DNA of 64,000 bases from Wickerhamiella versatilis (GCA_030867685.1 JAQOWU010000008.1:3782001-3846000), one strand, 5' to 3'; shown: positions 31,601 through 40,027, counted from the stretch's first letter. Notes: a model not told the origin generated them from the sequence alone. Numbers and translations are program-made.

Positions 31601-31833
31601 AGTATTTCATAAATAATACTGATGGATGGTACTTTGCAGGACGGACTCAAGGTTATTTCACTCAAAGCTTTTCAGAAAGTTTTACTTTGATACCTCATCG
31701 CCCAGGCTTATTGCTCTTACCGGAGGTTTCCATCAAAATACCAGAGAACATACCGACTGAAATTGTTACAGAATACTCCGCGCAACGCGTCTTTGTCGTT
31801 CCCGAGGTAAATAAATTGGCTGTATCTTTCTAA
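28681..31833 (+). CDS. TRS130: TRAPP II subunit Trs130/TRAPPC10
   Basis: HQVIGFSELPF, GWNFGALFTAKDGLA...MGLFNEAFNIYTELE, C-terminal WYFAGRTQG...LIPHRPGLLLLPEV. Confidence 0.85.
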   Translation: MENTRPRPARIAYVDPQGLAGKILPELEERFKNVNMNWSVHLQSSRISAAPQVIFQPVDRSVPSHQVIGFSELPFVQILLIDASKADYRTLLRPLAHDWRRQMLHSREPAGYVVVHYAPRGTSGRHSGWSKIINDFPEHAVQLYLNSEQDSNMMWLNFLEQLRTEIINAFEARIELYEGEIRRLQETKEVVGWNFGALFTAKDGLASCLEQMGLFNEAFNIYTELEKASESAIFADKRIGLEEAPLLTDRKGTLDAALTQQLSRFEYTRYLACRKIILLLCVAQTSNVTSIAAITRAKAVRQGIKSLQMLLHYLPANSRIRYDWQLKFSRALGELGAQEPTLLAELALLERDAIQGLAQTYGLNVPGIFNDIALDPPESTSLENEKLSPVENVSVELPVENEEDLISVFLELTEQAIARFKQGGNHRSTVRLMVQMISVNYALERYQTCFDMIENRLPDAKSAGSALHCRILEIHAKCASMIDRGDRVLHLSWELLSSCSNAPALTGWCVENIAKYGKNISGEKPLDKWFEISISPYLRGDGGEYYLNVDLRPKRKTLMSLVDHGDITALVESDLGPSKRQVKFSCAEFSSTTCRFKAHQFVQGRIKLTSLNLFIKKQKLTMVINDVHVVMKPLSNCLHAKIRPMRKFTTKKRWLELKVYAPVEREISSATASIKGQNLEILDAQIVDKELKTPFTEASVTFPVLYNPEKPVVRIIVTLDCHGSGRYEFSNELDFGLQVLVQMQDLFRRQNTIFSHFFVEPMKTGSPVSLCGASLSECESVGQSASTEHIAFDKSPVSYVFRMKSDQKLSKNKLCLIHRPLVDEIRQIIWGAIEPRINADAIGKVYSAIIEDFVRLLPLDAVAYATQGRPSVDLAAVDTTLSEVFEGLDPSHESWVRNIVREILRAPVSEQKSFEDITLELEVDVPEPEADIIFYITLNTTKQEHYLVGQPVPSVLKIDLIYRNGPSLDAGKFEYFINNTDGWYFAGRTQGYFTQSFSESFTLIPHRPGLLLLPEVSIKIPENIPTEIVTEYSAQRVFVVPEVNKLAVSF

Positions 31834-31867
31834 CTCAGTTAGTGTTTTTGTAAAGGGACATATTAAC

Positions 31868-32590
31868 TCAAGAGTTTTCTTTGATCGCGAATTCCAAAGC
31901 TTCTGCGCTTGGTTTCGGTGCCATAGCTGCAACAGTGATACCACTATCTTCTAGAAATGCCTTTGTGGTTGGTCCTATAGCTGCAACTCGCACTGATGGC
32001 GTTTTCTTCACCACATCTATCGCGGCAACAGAATGACTAGGTGAGAAAAAGACAACCCAGTCGCCAGCCTTGACATCTTCGAGAAGTGACTCGTAATTAT
32101 TATTTTCTGACCGATAGACAACTTGAGTGGTTACCGTATTTCCTGCATCGATTAGTTGGTTGGGCAACTCAACACGGTGGGTCTCTCCTGCCAAGAAGAG
32201 AAACTTTCGTTTTTCAGACGTTTCACATAATATTGACTTTGCTAGCATCTTCCCATTACCCGATTCTGCACCACGCACGTCTTTGAAGCCCAATAATTCT
32301 AAGCGGGACGCCGTGGTAGGACCCACCGTATATACAGGCGTACTTAAAACTGAATCAATATTATTTAGCTTGGAAAGAGCAGTTTTGAGCGAGTCAACAG
32401 CACGTTGACTCGTCACGATGAAAGCATCGTAAATTAGCTGAGTTCTCAACATATCTAGAAGTATAGGGGCATTGAGTGATATAAATTTCAAAATTGGTAC
32501 AAATGTAATATTTGCACCAAACGTCGCCTCATAAGGATCAGCCCTACCAACTTCTGAATCGTCGCTCCGAGACTTTAGAAGGTATATCAT
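31868..32590 (-). CDS. HEM4: Uroporphyrinogen-III synthase
   Basis: IYLLK...DPYE, IVTSQRAV, VYTVGPTTA, GAESGNG, WVVFFSPS, AIGPTT, KPS. Confidence 0.92.
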   Translation of the reverse strand: MIYLLKSRSDDSEVGRADPYEATFGANITFVPILKFISLNAPILLDMLRTQLIYDAFIVTSQRAVDSLKTALSKLNNIDSVLSTPVYTVGPTTASRLELLGFKDVRGAESGNGKMLAKSILCETSEKRKFLFLAGETHRVELPNQLIDAGNTVTTQVVYRSENNNYESLLEDVKAGDWVVFFSPSHSVAAIDVVKKTPSVRVAAIGPTTKAFLEDSGITVAAMAPKPSAEALEFAIKENS

Positions 32591-32638
32591 GATTATATAA
32601 TTTTATTTCATTGTCTGTAGCTTGTGTAATTCTTGTGG

Positions 32639-34066
32639 ATGCTGCCTAACTGGCTTGCAGATTTAGGGGTCAAAACCTCTAAAGATATAAACCTTAAGGT
32701 TTCACCGCTTGGTGGTAAAGGAATTTTTGCAGAAAGTGATATTGCGATAGGAAGTACCCTTCTTGAAGTTCCTAAATCAGCAGTCCTATCTCCCAAAAGT
32801 TGTGGAATTTCAAACTTGCTGGAGAAATTCGAAGGTATAGAGAGTCTTCTACTTGCATATCTTTTTGAAAGAAGACAAGGTAAAGAGAGCCCATGGTGCA
32901 ACTTCATACAGTCTATAGAAGATGCTCCGCTTCCCGACGTACCGCAGCTCTGGCCTGAGAACGAGCGAGAGTGGTTGAAGGGTACACAGTGTACTCTTCT
33001 GGGGTTTTCGCAGCCCCGATTCGAGGAAAGTTTCAACTCTGTCATAACATTTCTCACTCTCAACGTGAATCTATTTGGCCAGGTAACTCTTGAAGAATGG
33101 GCCTCCACGCTCATTCGCTGTGCTAGTCGAGCATTTGAAGTTGATAACTATCATGGACTCTCTCTTGTTCCCGGCGCCTGTTTGTTTAACCATTCGGACA
33201 AAGAGGATATACATTTTGAAACTTATGGTGATGTTTGCCCGTCTTGTGGGTCCTTGTCTTGTGATTGCATTGTGTATTCAGATGATGAGAACAGTGCCTC
33301 TAGCTTTGCAAGTGACTCTGAAGCTGCAGATACGGACTTTAGAGAAGGTGAGGAGAAAGAAATGGAAGAGGAAATGGAGGATGGAGAAGAAGAGGAGGAA
33401 GAGGACATGGGAGAGGACATGGGAGAGGACATGGAGGAGGAAGAAGAAGAGGAGGAGGAAGAGGAAGAAGAAGATTTATGCGAATTGAGAGCTGTGCAGG
33501 ATCTAAAAGCTGGAAAAGAAGTTTTCAACACATACGGTCATGACTCTAATGCAGTTCTTTTGGCTAGGTATGGATTTGTGTTACCTCAAAATATCCATGA
33601 ATATATTGACTTAGTACCAACCTTCGAGAAATTCTGCCAAGAAAACGGTTTAGATTTGGAAGAATTCGGATTTGGTGAAATTGATGAAGAGAGTGAGGAG
33701 GGATCATGGGAAGACGTGGGCTCTGATGGCGAGGAAGAAGAGGACTCGGTTCATTCCGATACTCAATCTGAAGCCTCAGAAACAAACTCTGAATCCTCAG
33801 AGTTTCCTGAAGGTTTTGTAGGAATCAGCCGTAAACAAGGATTATCTATTGGGGCTAAAGAGCTAATTATGCTGCTCAGTGAAAGATTAAATAAGACTTG
33901 CAAGCAAGTTTTAGAAAAGCTAATTTCTCTTCATTTGAATGGCTATATGATCAAAGAAAAAGATTCAGGAGTCAGCTTCACAAGTAGTCGCTATGATATG
34001 GCCGCTGATCTGGTGTCCTGCGAGAGGAATTTAATCACGTCCGCTCTCTCAGAGCCCCTTACCTAA
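32639..34066 (+). CDS. RKM3: SET-domain lysine methyltransferase (Rkm3/SETD6-like)
   Basis: GKGIFA, SRAFEVDNYHGLSLVPGACLFNHS, CxxCGSxxC insert, EVFNTYG...NAVLLARYGF; poly-Glu insertion. Confidence 0.75.
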   Translation: MLPNWLADLGVKTSKDINLKVSPLGGKGIFAESDIAIGSTLLEVPKSAVLSPKSCGISNLLEKFEGIESLLLAYLFERRQGKESPWCNFIQSIEDAPLPDVPQLWPENEREWLKGTQCTLLGFSQPRFEESFNSVITFLTLNVNLFGQVTLEEWASTLIRCASRAFEVDNYHGLSLVPGACLFNHSDKEDIHFETYGDVCPSCGSLSCDCIVYSDDENSASSFASDSEAADTDFREGEEKEMEEEMEDGEEEEEEDMGEDMGEDMEEEEEEEEEEEEEDLCELRAVQDLKAGKEVFNTYGHDSNAVLLARYGFVLPQNIHEYIDLVPTFEKFCQENGLDLEEFGFGEIDEESEEGSWEDVGSDGEEEEDSVHSDTQSEASETNSESSEFPEGFVGISRKQGLSIGAKELIMLLSERLNKTCKQVLEKLISLHLNGYMIKEKDSGVSFTSSRYDMAADLVSCERNLITSALSEPLT

Positions 34067-34073
34067 TCGGAAC

Positions 34074-34238
34074 ATGAAAACTCAGACTCTGGTGCGGCTA
34101 CGACAGAAGGCAGGGAAATGCTCGCCTCAACTTTCGATATATGCAGCATGCGTGGTCTCACAAGCAGAATCTGTTACTCCGGGCGCATGTGCAAGAGAAT
34201 TTGAATCTGTTTCTAAATGTCTTGTTAAGAAGCCTTGA
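34074..34238 (+). CDS. 54-aa twin-CX9C protein, NDUFAF8-like complex I assembly factor
   Basis: Manual translation MKTQTLVRLRQKAGKCSPQLSIYAACVVSQAESVTPGACAREFESVSKCLVKKP; two exact CX9C motifs, with Y..C and CAREF as in NDUFAF8. Below the ORF-track length cutoff. Confidence 0.8.
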   Translation: MKTQTLVRLRQKAGKCSPQLSIYAACVVSQAESVTPGACAREFESVSKCLVKKP

Positions 34239-34323
34239 GTCATGCATACTACGGAGACTAAAATTCATTGACTAAATTACGTATAGCAAAAATTAGAGTT
34301 CTGGATAAATAATTAGAAGACAT

Positions 34324-36921
34324 CTAACCACTGTCTACATTGCTTGCGAAAGCAGAGATGCACCAGCTAAGCGGCGGATGGCTACTTATACCACCAACCA
34401 ATTCAATCTCTTTGGCCCCAATATCAATTTTTGGCTTAGAGGTTGTAGGTCCGAAATCGACGAATTTTATGCCTTCACGCAATGCAATAGCTATGGTTTC
34501 TTGCATCATGACAAAGTAGGCCTTGTAATGCCGACCAAGCTCGTGGTCCAATCCCTGTAAGTCTGAAGTAATGGTATCGCCAAGGCGGAATAGAACACAT
34601 GATGCAATACATTGGCCATCCACTTTAAGCATGAGAAGAGACCTTAGTCCATCATGTTCAACCGTACCTAGAGACCTAACAAACTCCGCCGTTGGTTCCA
34701 CCAGTACAGCAGTGTGGCCCTCAGATGTCCGTTTGGATGCTATGTTATGCCATAATTCCATCATGAGCGCACATTCTTCCGTACTGAAATCCTTGCTTTC
34801 AATTACTTCACCATGTGCCTTATTGAAAGTTACCGCTTGGTTGCGATACTTTATAGCTTTCAAATAATCCTTTAGGTTTGACCCCTGAAAACGTCGTAAA
34901 TCGACTACATGAGATGGCGGCATTGAAATCGATTGCCATCCCGCAGGATTAAGGACAGACTCGGTGCCATAGTGAGAAACCATAGGGTAAATTAGCATGG
35001 TACATCGTTGACTACGAGGAAGCTTCTTGTTCCAATCGGCGACTGCCCGTAAAACAGCAGCAGCTCGAGCCTTAGGTTTTTTGGCTGGTGATGTATAGAA
35101 TATAGCTTCACGGAATGGCCAGTGTGTGGCCAATAAGCCCATCCGCACACACAAGAGCTTGAAGGGCGAATTTATTCCAAACATACGCTGAGCTAACCGG
35201 CCATACCAGGTCGATGAATCGAGATTTGATACTAGGTCATAATTATCCACATAGGTAAGCAGAATTAGCGCTTCTGTAGCCATAAGGGTCGCCCGAAACT
35301 GGAACTCTTCTTCGAGGTCTTTCTGAGATACATCTTCATCCTGCGCAGGCATCAGTGCTTCATGTACCGAAATACGCTTACCTTGGCGCTGCGCCTTCTT
35401 CGCAGCTTTCTTCTCAGCCCTTTTCTTAGCATTCTTACTGTTTGGTGGTGGTGCATTTGAAACCTGGGACGGTATAGGGGCAAGTTCATATTGGGTCACA
35501 GTGCTATCATCTTCAAATACTGGTGCCTGATCCAGCTTGTCCCAAGCACGAATCTTCTCGTAATACCTCTCCCCATATTTAGGACTAGAGCTCTCATGGT
35601 TATTATTCTGAACACCGTTATTCTGTCGCTCTGCGTCATAAATATCTTTATCATATACGCGGAGAACTTTACAATGCAGATTTTTCATTGGCGAATTGGC
35701 ATAGGCTTCCATAAGACTAAGGGCAGCCTTACCCGAGGGAGATCCAGGCACCATTTGGGAATACCTATCGATCATAGAAGCCCATGCGAGCCTTTCATTT
35801 TCCTTCAAATCCGAGAGATGGTATGATTCTACTCGAAGCTTGGATGCTGGCCTTTTCTGGAGTTTCAAAAGTATATAAATACCGATACCATTGAGAAGAA
35901 TCCCACAGAACGAGAGAATGGGATCTGCAATCAAGATATCTTTAAACAATCTTGTGCGTCCGGCAAACACCCCAACATTTGCCAAAGAAAGCCCGAAATA
36001 TGTGACACAGACACACGCAGATACAACTTTTCCACATAAAACTGCCAATCCCATAGTCTCAAGGGTCGGAGTTAAGCGGTTATAGGGGTTTACTACAGCA
36101 CCATAGATAACTCCGAGGCTCGCCGCTGCAATAATTACCAAAAAGAAGTAGGGAAAAGCCCTAGATCTTGACAGAATTGTGTTGAGCAGGCCCGACTCCG
36201 AATCGTCAACTTGATGTTGTTGCGTCATGTGGTAGGAACTGTTAATAAATGTGGCCACAACAGCTACGAACACTTCAAAAAAATTCGTCATTATCAAAAT
36301 TATCTGCGACATCATTGTAAATGACAGAAGAGAATACAGAGAAACGAACATAAAAAAGGCACAATTACATGCAGCGTCAATTGCGATCAAACATATGACT
36401 GCCACCATTTTAGGCTGAAAGTAGTGATTTTGGGACAGATAAATATCAGAAGTATCAGCAACAATGACGATTGTAGAGATTGAAGAGAAGAGATTAATCA
36501 ACATTAGCCACAAAAGCTGAAGACGCTGCCACATTGTCATATGGGATTCCGTTGCTGCGAAGCTTGACTTCTCGACCTCAGCTACATGCCACTTTCGGTT
36601 AATAACAAGTAACAGCATGGTGAATACCACTATGGCAATATCTGTTCCCGTAATTCCGAAGTAGGATGCCTTGAGTGATATTCCAAGATTCGCATATATA
36701 ATTAATGATGCCACCTTTAGCATTGTTGAAAGCACACCCAAAGTACACAGGACAAGAAAAAGCAAGGCCTCACTCAATTGCGTTCTAGTAACGGTTTCTC
36801 TTTCAGAAGCAGGAATTGCAAATTTCGCAAGCCGTTGCCAAATGCTTGATTCATGGCCTCCTTCCTGCTCTTCCTTCGGCAACATAGGCTCCTTCGTTGA
36901 AGAAGATTCCCTCATGACCAC
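34324..36921 (-). CDS. Polytopic membrane protein fused to a FemAB-like double-GNAT (amino)acyltransferase domain; function unknown
   Basis: About 8 hydrophobic segments in aa ~50-355. C-terminus has PPSHVVDL...LKDYLKAI...IASCVLFRLGDTITSDLQGLDHELGRHYKAYFVMMQETIAIALREGIKFVDFGPTTSKPKIDIGA. Confidence 0.7.
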   Translation of the reverse strand: MVMRESSSTKEPMLPKEEQEGGHESSIWQRLAKFAIPASERETVTRTQLSEALLFLVLCTLGVLSTMLKVASLIIYANLGISLKASYFGITGTDIAIVVFTMLLLVINRKWHVAEVEKSSFAATESHMTMWQRLQLLWLMLINLFSSISTIVIVADTSDIYLSQNHYFQPKMVAVICLIAIDAACNCAFFMFVSLYSLLSFTMMSQIILIMTNFFEVFVAVVATFINSSYHMTQQHQVDDSESGLLNTILSRSRAFPYFFLVIIAAASLGVIYGAVVNPYNRLTPTLETMGLAVLCGKVVSACVCVTYFGLSLANVGVFAGRTRLFKDILIADPILSFCGILLNGIGIYILLKLQKRPASKLRVESYHLSDLKENERLAWASMIDRYSQMVPGSPSGKAALSLMEAYANSPMKNLHCKVLRVYDKDIYDAERQNNGVQNNNHESSSPKYGERYYEKIRAWDKLDQAPVFEDDSTVTQYELAPIPSQVSNAPPPNSKNAKKRAEKKAAKKAQRQGKRISVHEALMPAQDEDVSQKDLEEEFQFRATLMATEALILLTYVDNYDLVSNLDSSTWYGRLAQRMFGINSPFKLLCVRMGLLATHWPFREAIFYTSPAKKPKARAAAVLRAVADWNKKLPRSQRCTMLIYPMVSHYGTESVLNPAGWQSISMPPSHVVDLRRFQGSNLKDYLKAIKYRNQAVTFNKAHGEVIESKDFSTEECALMMELWHNIASKRTSEGHTAVLVEPTAEFVRSLGTVEHDGLRSLLMLKVDGQCIASCVLFRLGDTITSDLQGLDHELGRHYKAYFVMMQETIAIALREGIKFVDFGPTTSKPKIDIGAKEIELVGGISSHPPLSWCISAFASNVDSG

Positions 36922-37503
36922 AGGTTCTTAATCGCAGCACGAGGGTCAGGTGGCTGGAAAGGGCAGTGGTGCAGCTTTGACAGGTGCCGACAGGAGTCTA
37001 TTACAAACTGGGTTGGGAAATATTCCATCGGCTTTTGGGATCGGTGCAAGATAACCCCAACGGAATCCACAAAGCGAAAGTCTTGGCTAAATATGCGTAT
37101 GTTATTGCTTTCCATGAGTTAATTTTACACCGATGTGGAATGCTACATTTATTTAGAAAAACACGACACCATCGGTGGTCGGGGATATATGGGATGACAT
37201 CATCATATGTTACATGATAATTCAACGTGTCTGGGTGAGACTGGGGGCTTAAGTTGCAAGTAAATTTAAGAGTGGGGACTTGAATGAATTAAGTTTATGA
37301 AGGTGGCTTTAAGTAGCTAATATTTCACGTCTGCATGCACACAAGTTACAATCATTTTTTGGTCCAAAGCACGAGGTATATTAGGGGATGTGATGAGATG
37401 CAACAGGATGGCATCTTTCGAGATAAAACATGCCACATTTTTTTTTAGGTTTGTGATATTCAACTTTATAGAGTAAATCAATTCAGAATGTAAAAAAGAA
37501 ATC

Positions 37504-37583
37504 TGCTGTGACCTGGAATCGAACCAGGGTCGCCACGGATGTGTCGCCACAACGTGGAGTACTAACCACTATACTATCACAGC
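37504..37583 (-). tRNA. tRNA-His(GUG) with 8-nt intron, downstream copy
   Basis: GCTGTGA acceptor; D arm GTATAGTGGTTAGTAC; CCACG-TTGTGG[CGACACAT]C-CGTGG; T arm CCTGG-TTCGATT-CCAGG; A73; followed by TTTCTTTTTT terminator. Confidence 0.93.
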
Positions 37584-37628
37584 TGTAGTTATTGTAAGAA
37601 TACTTTGTAAGTATGATTAGGAAAAGTT

Positions 37629-37708
37629 TGCTGTGACCTGGAATCGAACCAGGGTCGCCACGGATGTGTTGCCACAACGTGGAGTACTAACCACTATACT
37701 ATCACAGC
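37629..37708 (-). tRNA. tRNA-His(GUG) with 8-nt intron, upstream copy
   Basis: Identical exons; intron CAACACAT; followed only by a T4 run. Confidence 0.93.
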
Positions 37709-37805
37709 TCTGATGTTGGAATATAGGTAGTACATAAAATGATATAGCACAGAATAAATAAGAAACCTATCAAGTAGAAGTCGTAGAGTCGCTGAATAGG
37801 TTTAC

Positions 37806-38009
37806 TTAGTTCTCTGGCTTAGGTCGACGGTTAACATTGAGAAGCTGTGGTGGGAGATCCGAGGGATTGCTTTGGAATTTAATATGCTTGATTGGCGCGT
37901 GCGGGTAGCGGGCTCTTTCGGGAATTGCCCTCTCAATTTGCTCATGTGGGATCTTCTCGAGTATTTCATGCGCTGATAGCTTTGGTTCACCTTGTTTTTC
38001 GTGTGACAT
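37806..38009 (-). CDS. Possible small hydrophilic protein (67 aa), unknown function
   Basis: ATG-initiated ORF in otherwise intergenic DNA with protein-like composition; no homology recognised. Confidence 0.3.
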   Translation of the reverse strand: MSHEKQGEPKLSAHEILEKIPHEQIERAIPERARYPHAPIKHIKFQSNPSDLPPQLLNVNRRPKPEN

Positions 38010-38653
38010 TGGATTTGGTTATGGTTTGAAGGTAAGTGGCGTGGGCAGCTGGCTGGGTACCCTTACCTCGACTGTTAGGTTGACCTGTGGAATATGTGAA
38101 ACAAAATACCAAATAGCACTTTTTATTTTTTCGATTCAGTCCTAAATGATGGAAAATAGCATGTTGCTTTTATTGTGGACATGGTCAACATTACCACAGG
38201 ATAGGCTTGAACACGATGTATAAAGTCGCGACAATGGAATCCGTAGCCATCGTAAAGTAGCTTTCCAGGAACTTAATGCTGAAAAGCACAGAACTTTAGA
38301 TAAAGTAGATCCAATCCCAGCGGGACAATTAACAATGGCTCACCCATCCGGCACTTCTCTGTGGACCGCCCCGATAATAATATGGATTCCACACCAGGTA
38401 TAGTCAGACTTATTTGGATAGAAACCCACCGCGTGGTGTATGCAGGTGACATTCGCTAGGCCACGAAACTATCCCCTGCTTGCGATTAGCGCGGAACCTT
38501 AAAGCCTCTATTGACTGTGGCTTTGAAAGTCAAATTTTATATGGGTAAACCGTGATACTTAAGTCCCAGCATCGGTTCAGCAAAGTTCACCTTAGAGACA
38601 TAGCATTTCCCTGCCGTTCATTTTTCTATCATTCATTCCCTTACTGTTTGGAA

Positions 38654-40027
38654 ATGCTCTCCATTGGACGACCTCGGCGCCAAATGATGACCCAACAACA
38701 GCGACACAACAAGCGCCAACGTGCTACTCCTCAACAGCTCGCATTCTTGAGGAAAATGTTTTGCGAAGATCCAAAACCAGATCAACGCAAGCGGGAGCAA
38801 ATCGGTCGTAAAATCGACATGACACCTCGAAGCGTTCAGATCTGGTTTCAGAACAACCGTGCGAAAACTAAAAACCTTGAAGAGAGAATATCCAAAAGGA
38901 TACCAACAGTAACAACTTCTTGTGATGGCCCAATTTCTAGAGTTAGTCTCAATATGAATGACTCCACAGCTACGCCGGGATTCCCCATAACTCCTTCGCT
39001 GTACATGCAACCCGTATCCTCATTTTCCACACCAGTATTACCGATTCATAGTCAAAGGGAGTTTCTCTCAGATGAGCTAACGCATGGCTTTATGCCCACA
39101 TCAGCTGCTACACCCTGTCAGGAGCTGGAATCGCCATTGACCACTTCATCCGTAACATCCCCACCAGGACCAGGACCCAAATTTTCCTCGAGTGGATGGG
39201 TCCTTCTCAGCTGCACGGATGTAGAAGTCGGTAATTGGAGTCATATGAAGTCATTCGACTACAAGAACAGTGATCTCACCGTGCGCTTCAATCCGATGAT
39301 GTCTTCCATCCAATATTTGATAACGGGTAACCAAACCAGCTACTCAATTGATGCTGAAATTTCATGTTATGATCCGATCAAGCTAAGGAGAGACCTCGAA
39401 GTAGAGTCTCTGGCCCATTTTGAAATCAAAATAAGCGGTCAAGTTCACTTCTCTGTGTGCGGACCTGAAGACCTGCAATGTCACCCATGTGGTGACTTCA
39501 CAAACGGCGAGTTATCTCGCGAAAGGATTCATCGCCTAAAGGGTCCTTATAACCAGCTTGAGCAAGAACTTACACGCATAGGGCTTTATAGTAGCCCAAT
39601 AGAATCGAACCCAGTTTTCGACTCCCCATCTTTTCAAGAACCTGTTTTTGGCAAGGTCCAACAACAAAACGACTATATGTCGTTAGCAGCAGCAACCCCA
39701 AGTCCTGCCGTATCTCCTCTTAGCACCACTCCGTATGATGATAACTATCCACTTCAGTCAATGGTATCATGGCAGATTGGTCGTCCAACCAGTGATTCGC
39801 CTCAGATTTCGTCATCTATCGATCCTAGCTCTCCAGAGGATGCTATTTTTGACATATTGGGAGGAAGCTCAGATTCAAGCAACCAATTTTGGCCCTCAAC
39901 GCCAAGTACCGCAGGCCACACCACCCAAGACGACATAATTTCGGGTAGGTGCCCTAGTGTATCAGATCGTAACAGTAAACAACAGTCGACAATGCTAGAT
40001 GTCGATCCAGCTCTTTGGCTACTCTGA
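38654..40027 (+). CDS. Homeodomain transcription factor, Hoy1/Phx1/Pho2 family
   Basis: KRQRATPQQL...MTPRSVQIWFQNNRAKTK, plus the family downstream domain (LSCTDVEVGNW...DL...GDFTNGELSRERIHRLKG). First ATG 38654; track start is GTG. Confidence 0.85.
   Translation: MLSIGRPRRQMMTQQQRHNKRQRATPQQLAFLRKMFCEDPKPDQRKREQIGRKIDMTPRSVQIWFQNNRAKTKNLEERISKRIPTVTTSCDGPISRVSLNMNDSTATPGFPITPSLYMQPVSSFSTPVLPIHSQREFLSDELTHGFMPTSAATPCQELESPLTTSSVTSPPGPGPKFSSSGWVLLSCTDVEVGNWSHMKSFDYKNSDLTVRFNPMMSSIQYLITGNQTSYSIDAEISCYDPIKLRRDLEVESLAHFEIKISGQVHFSVCGPEDLQCHPCGDFTNGELSRERIHRLKGPYNQLEQELTRIGLYSSPIESNPVFDSPSFQEPVFGKVQQQNDYMSLAAATPSPAVSPLSTTPYDDNYPLQSMVSWQIGRPTSDSPQISSSIDPSSPEDAIFDILGGSSDSSNQFWPSTPSTAGHTTQDDIISGRCPSVSDRNSKQQSTMLDVDPALWLL

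Noticed and set aside
37241-37283. GGGGCTTA and GGGGACTT resembling RNase MRP P4 strands
   Set aside because: Wrong orientation and order for P4 pairing; more likely Mig1/CreA-type GC boxes.
37317-37677. ORFs overlapping the tRNA-His genes
   Set aside because: Spurious translations of tRNA sequence.
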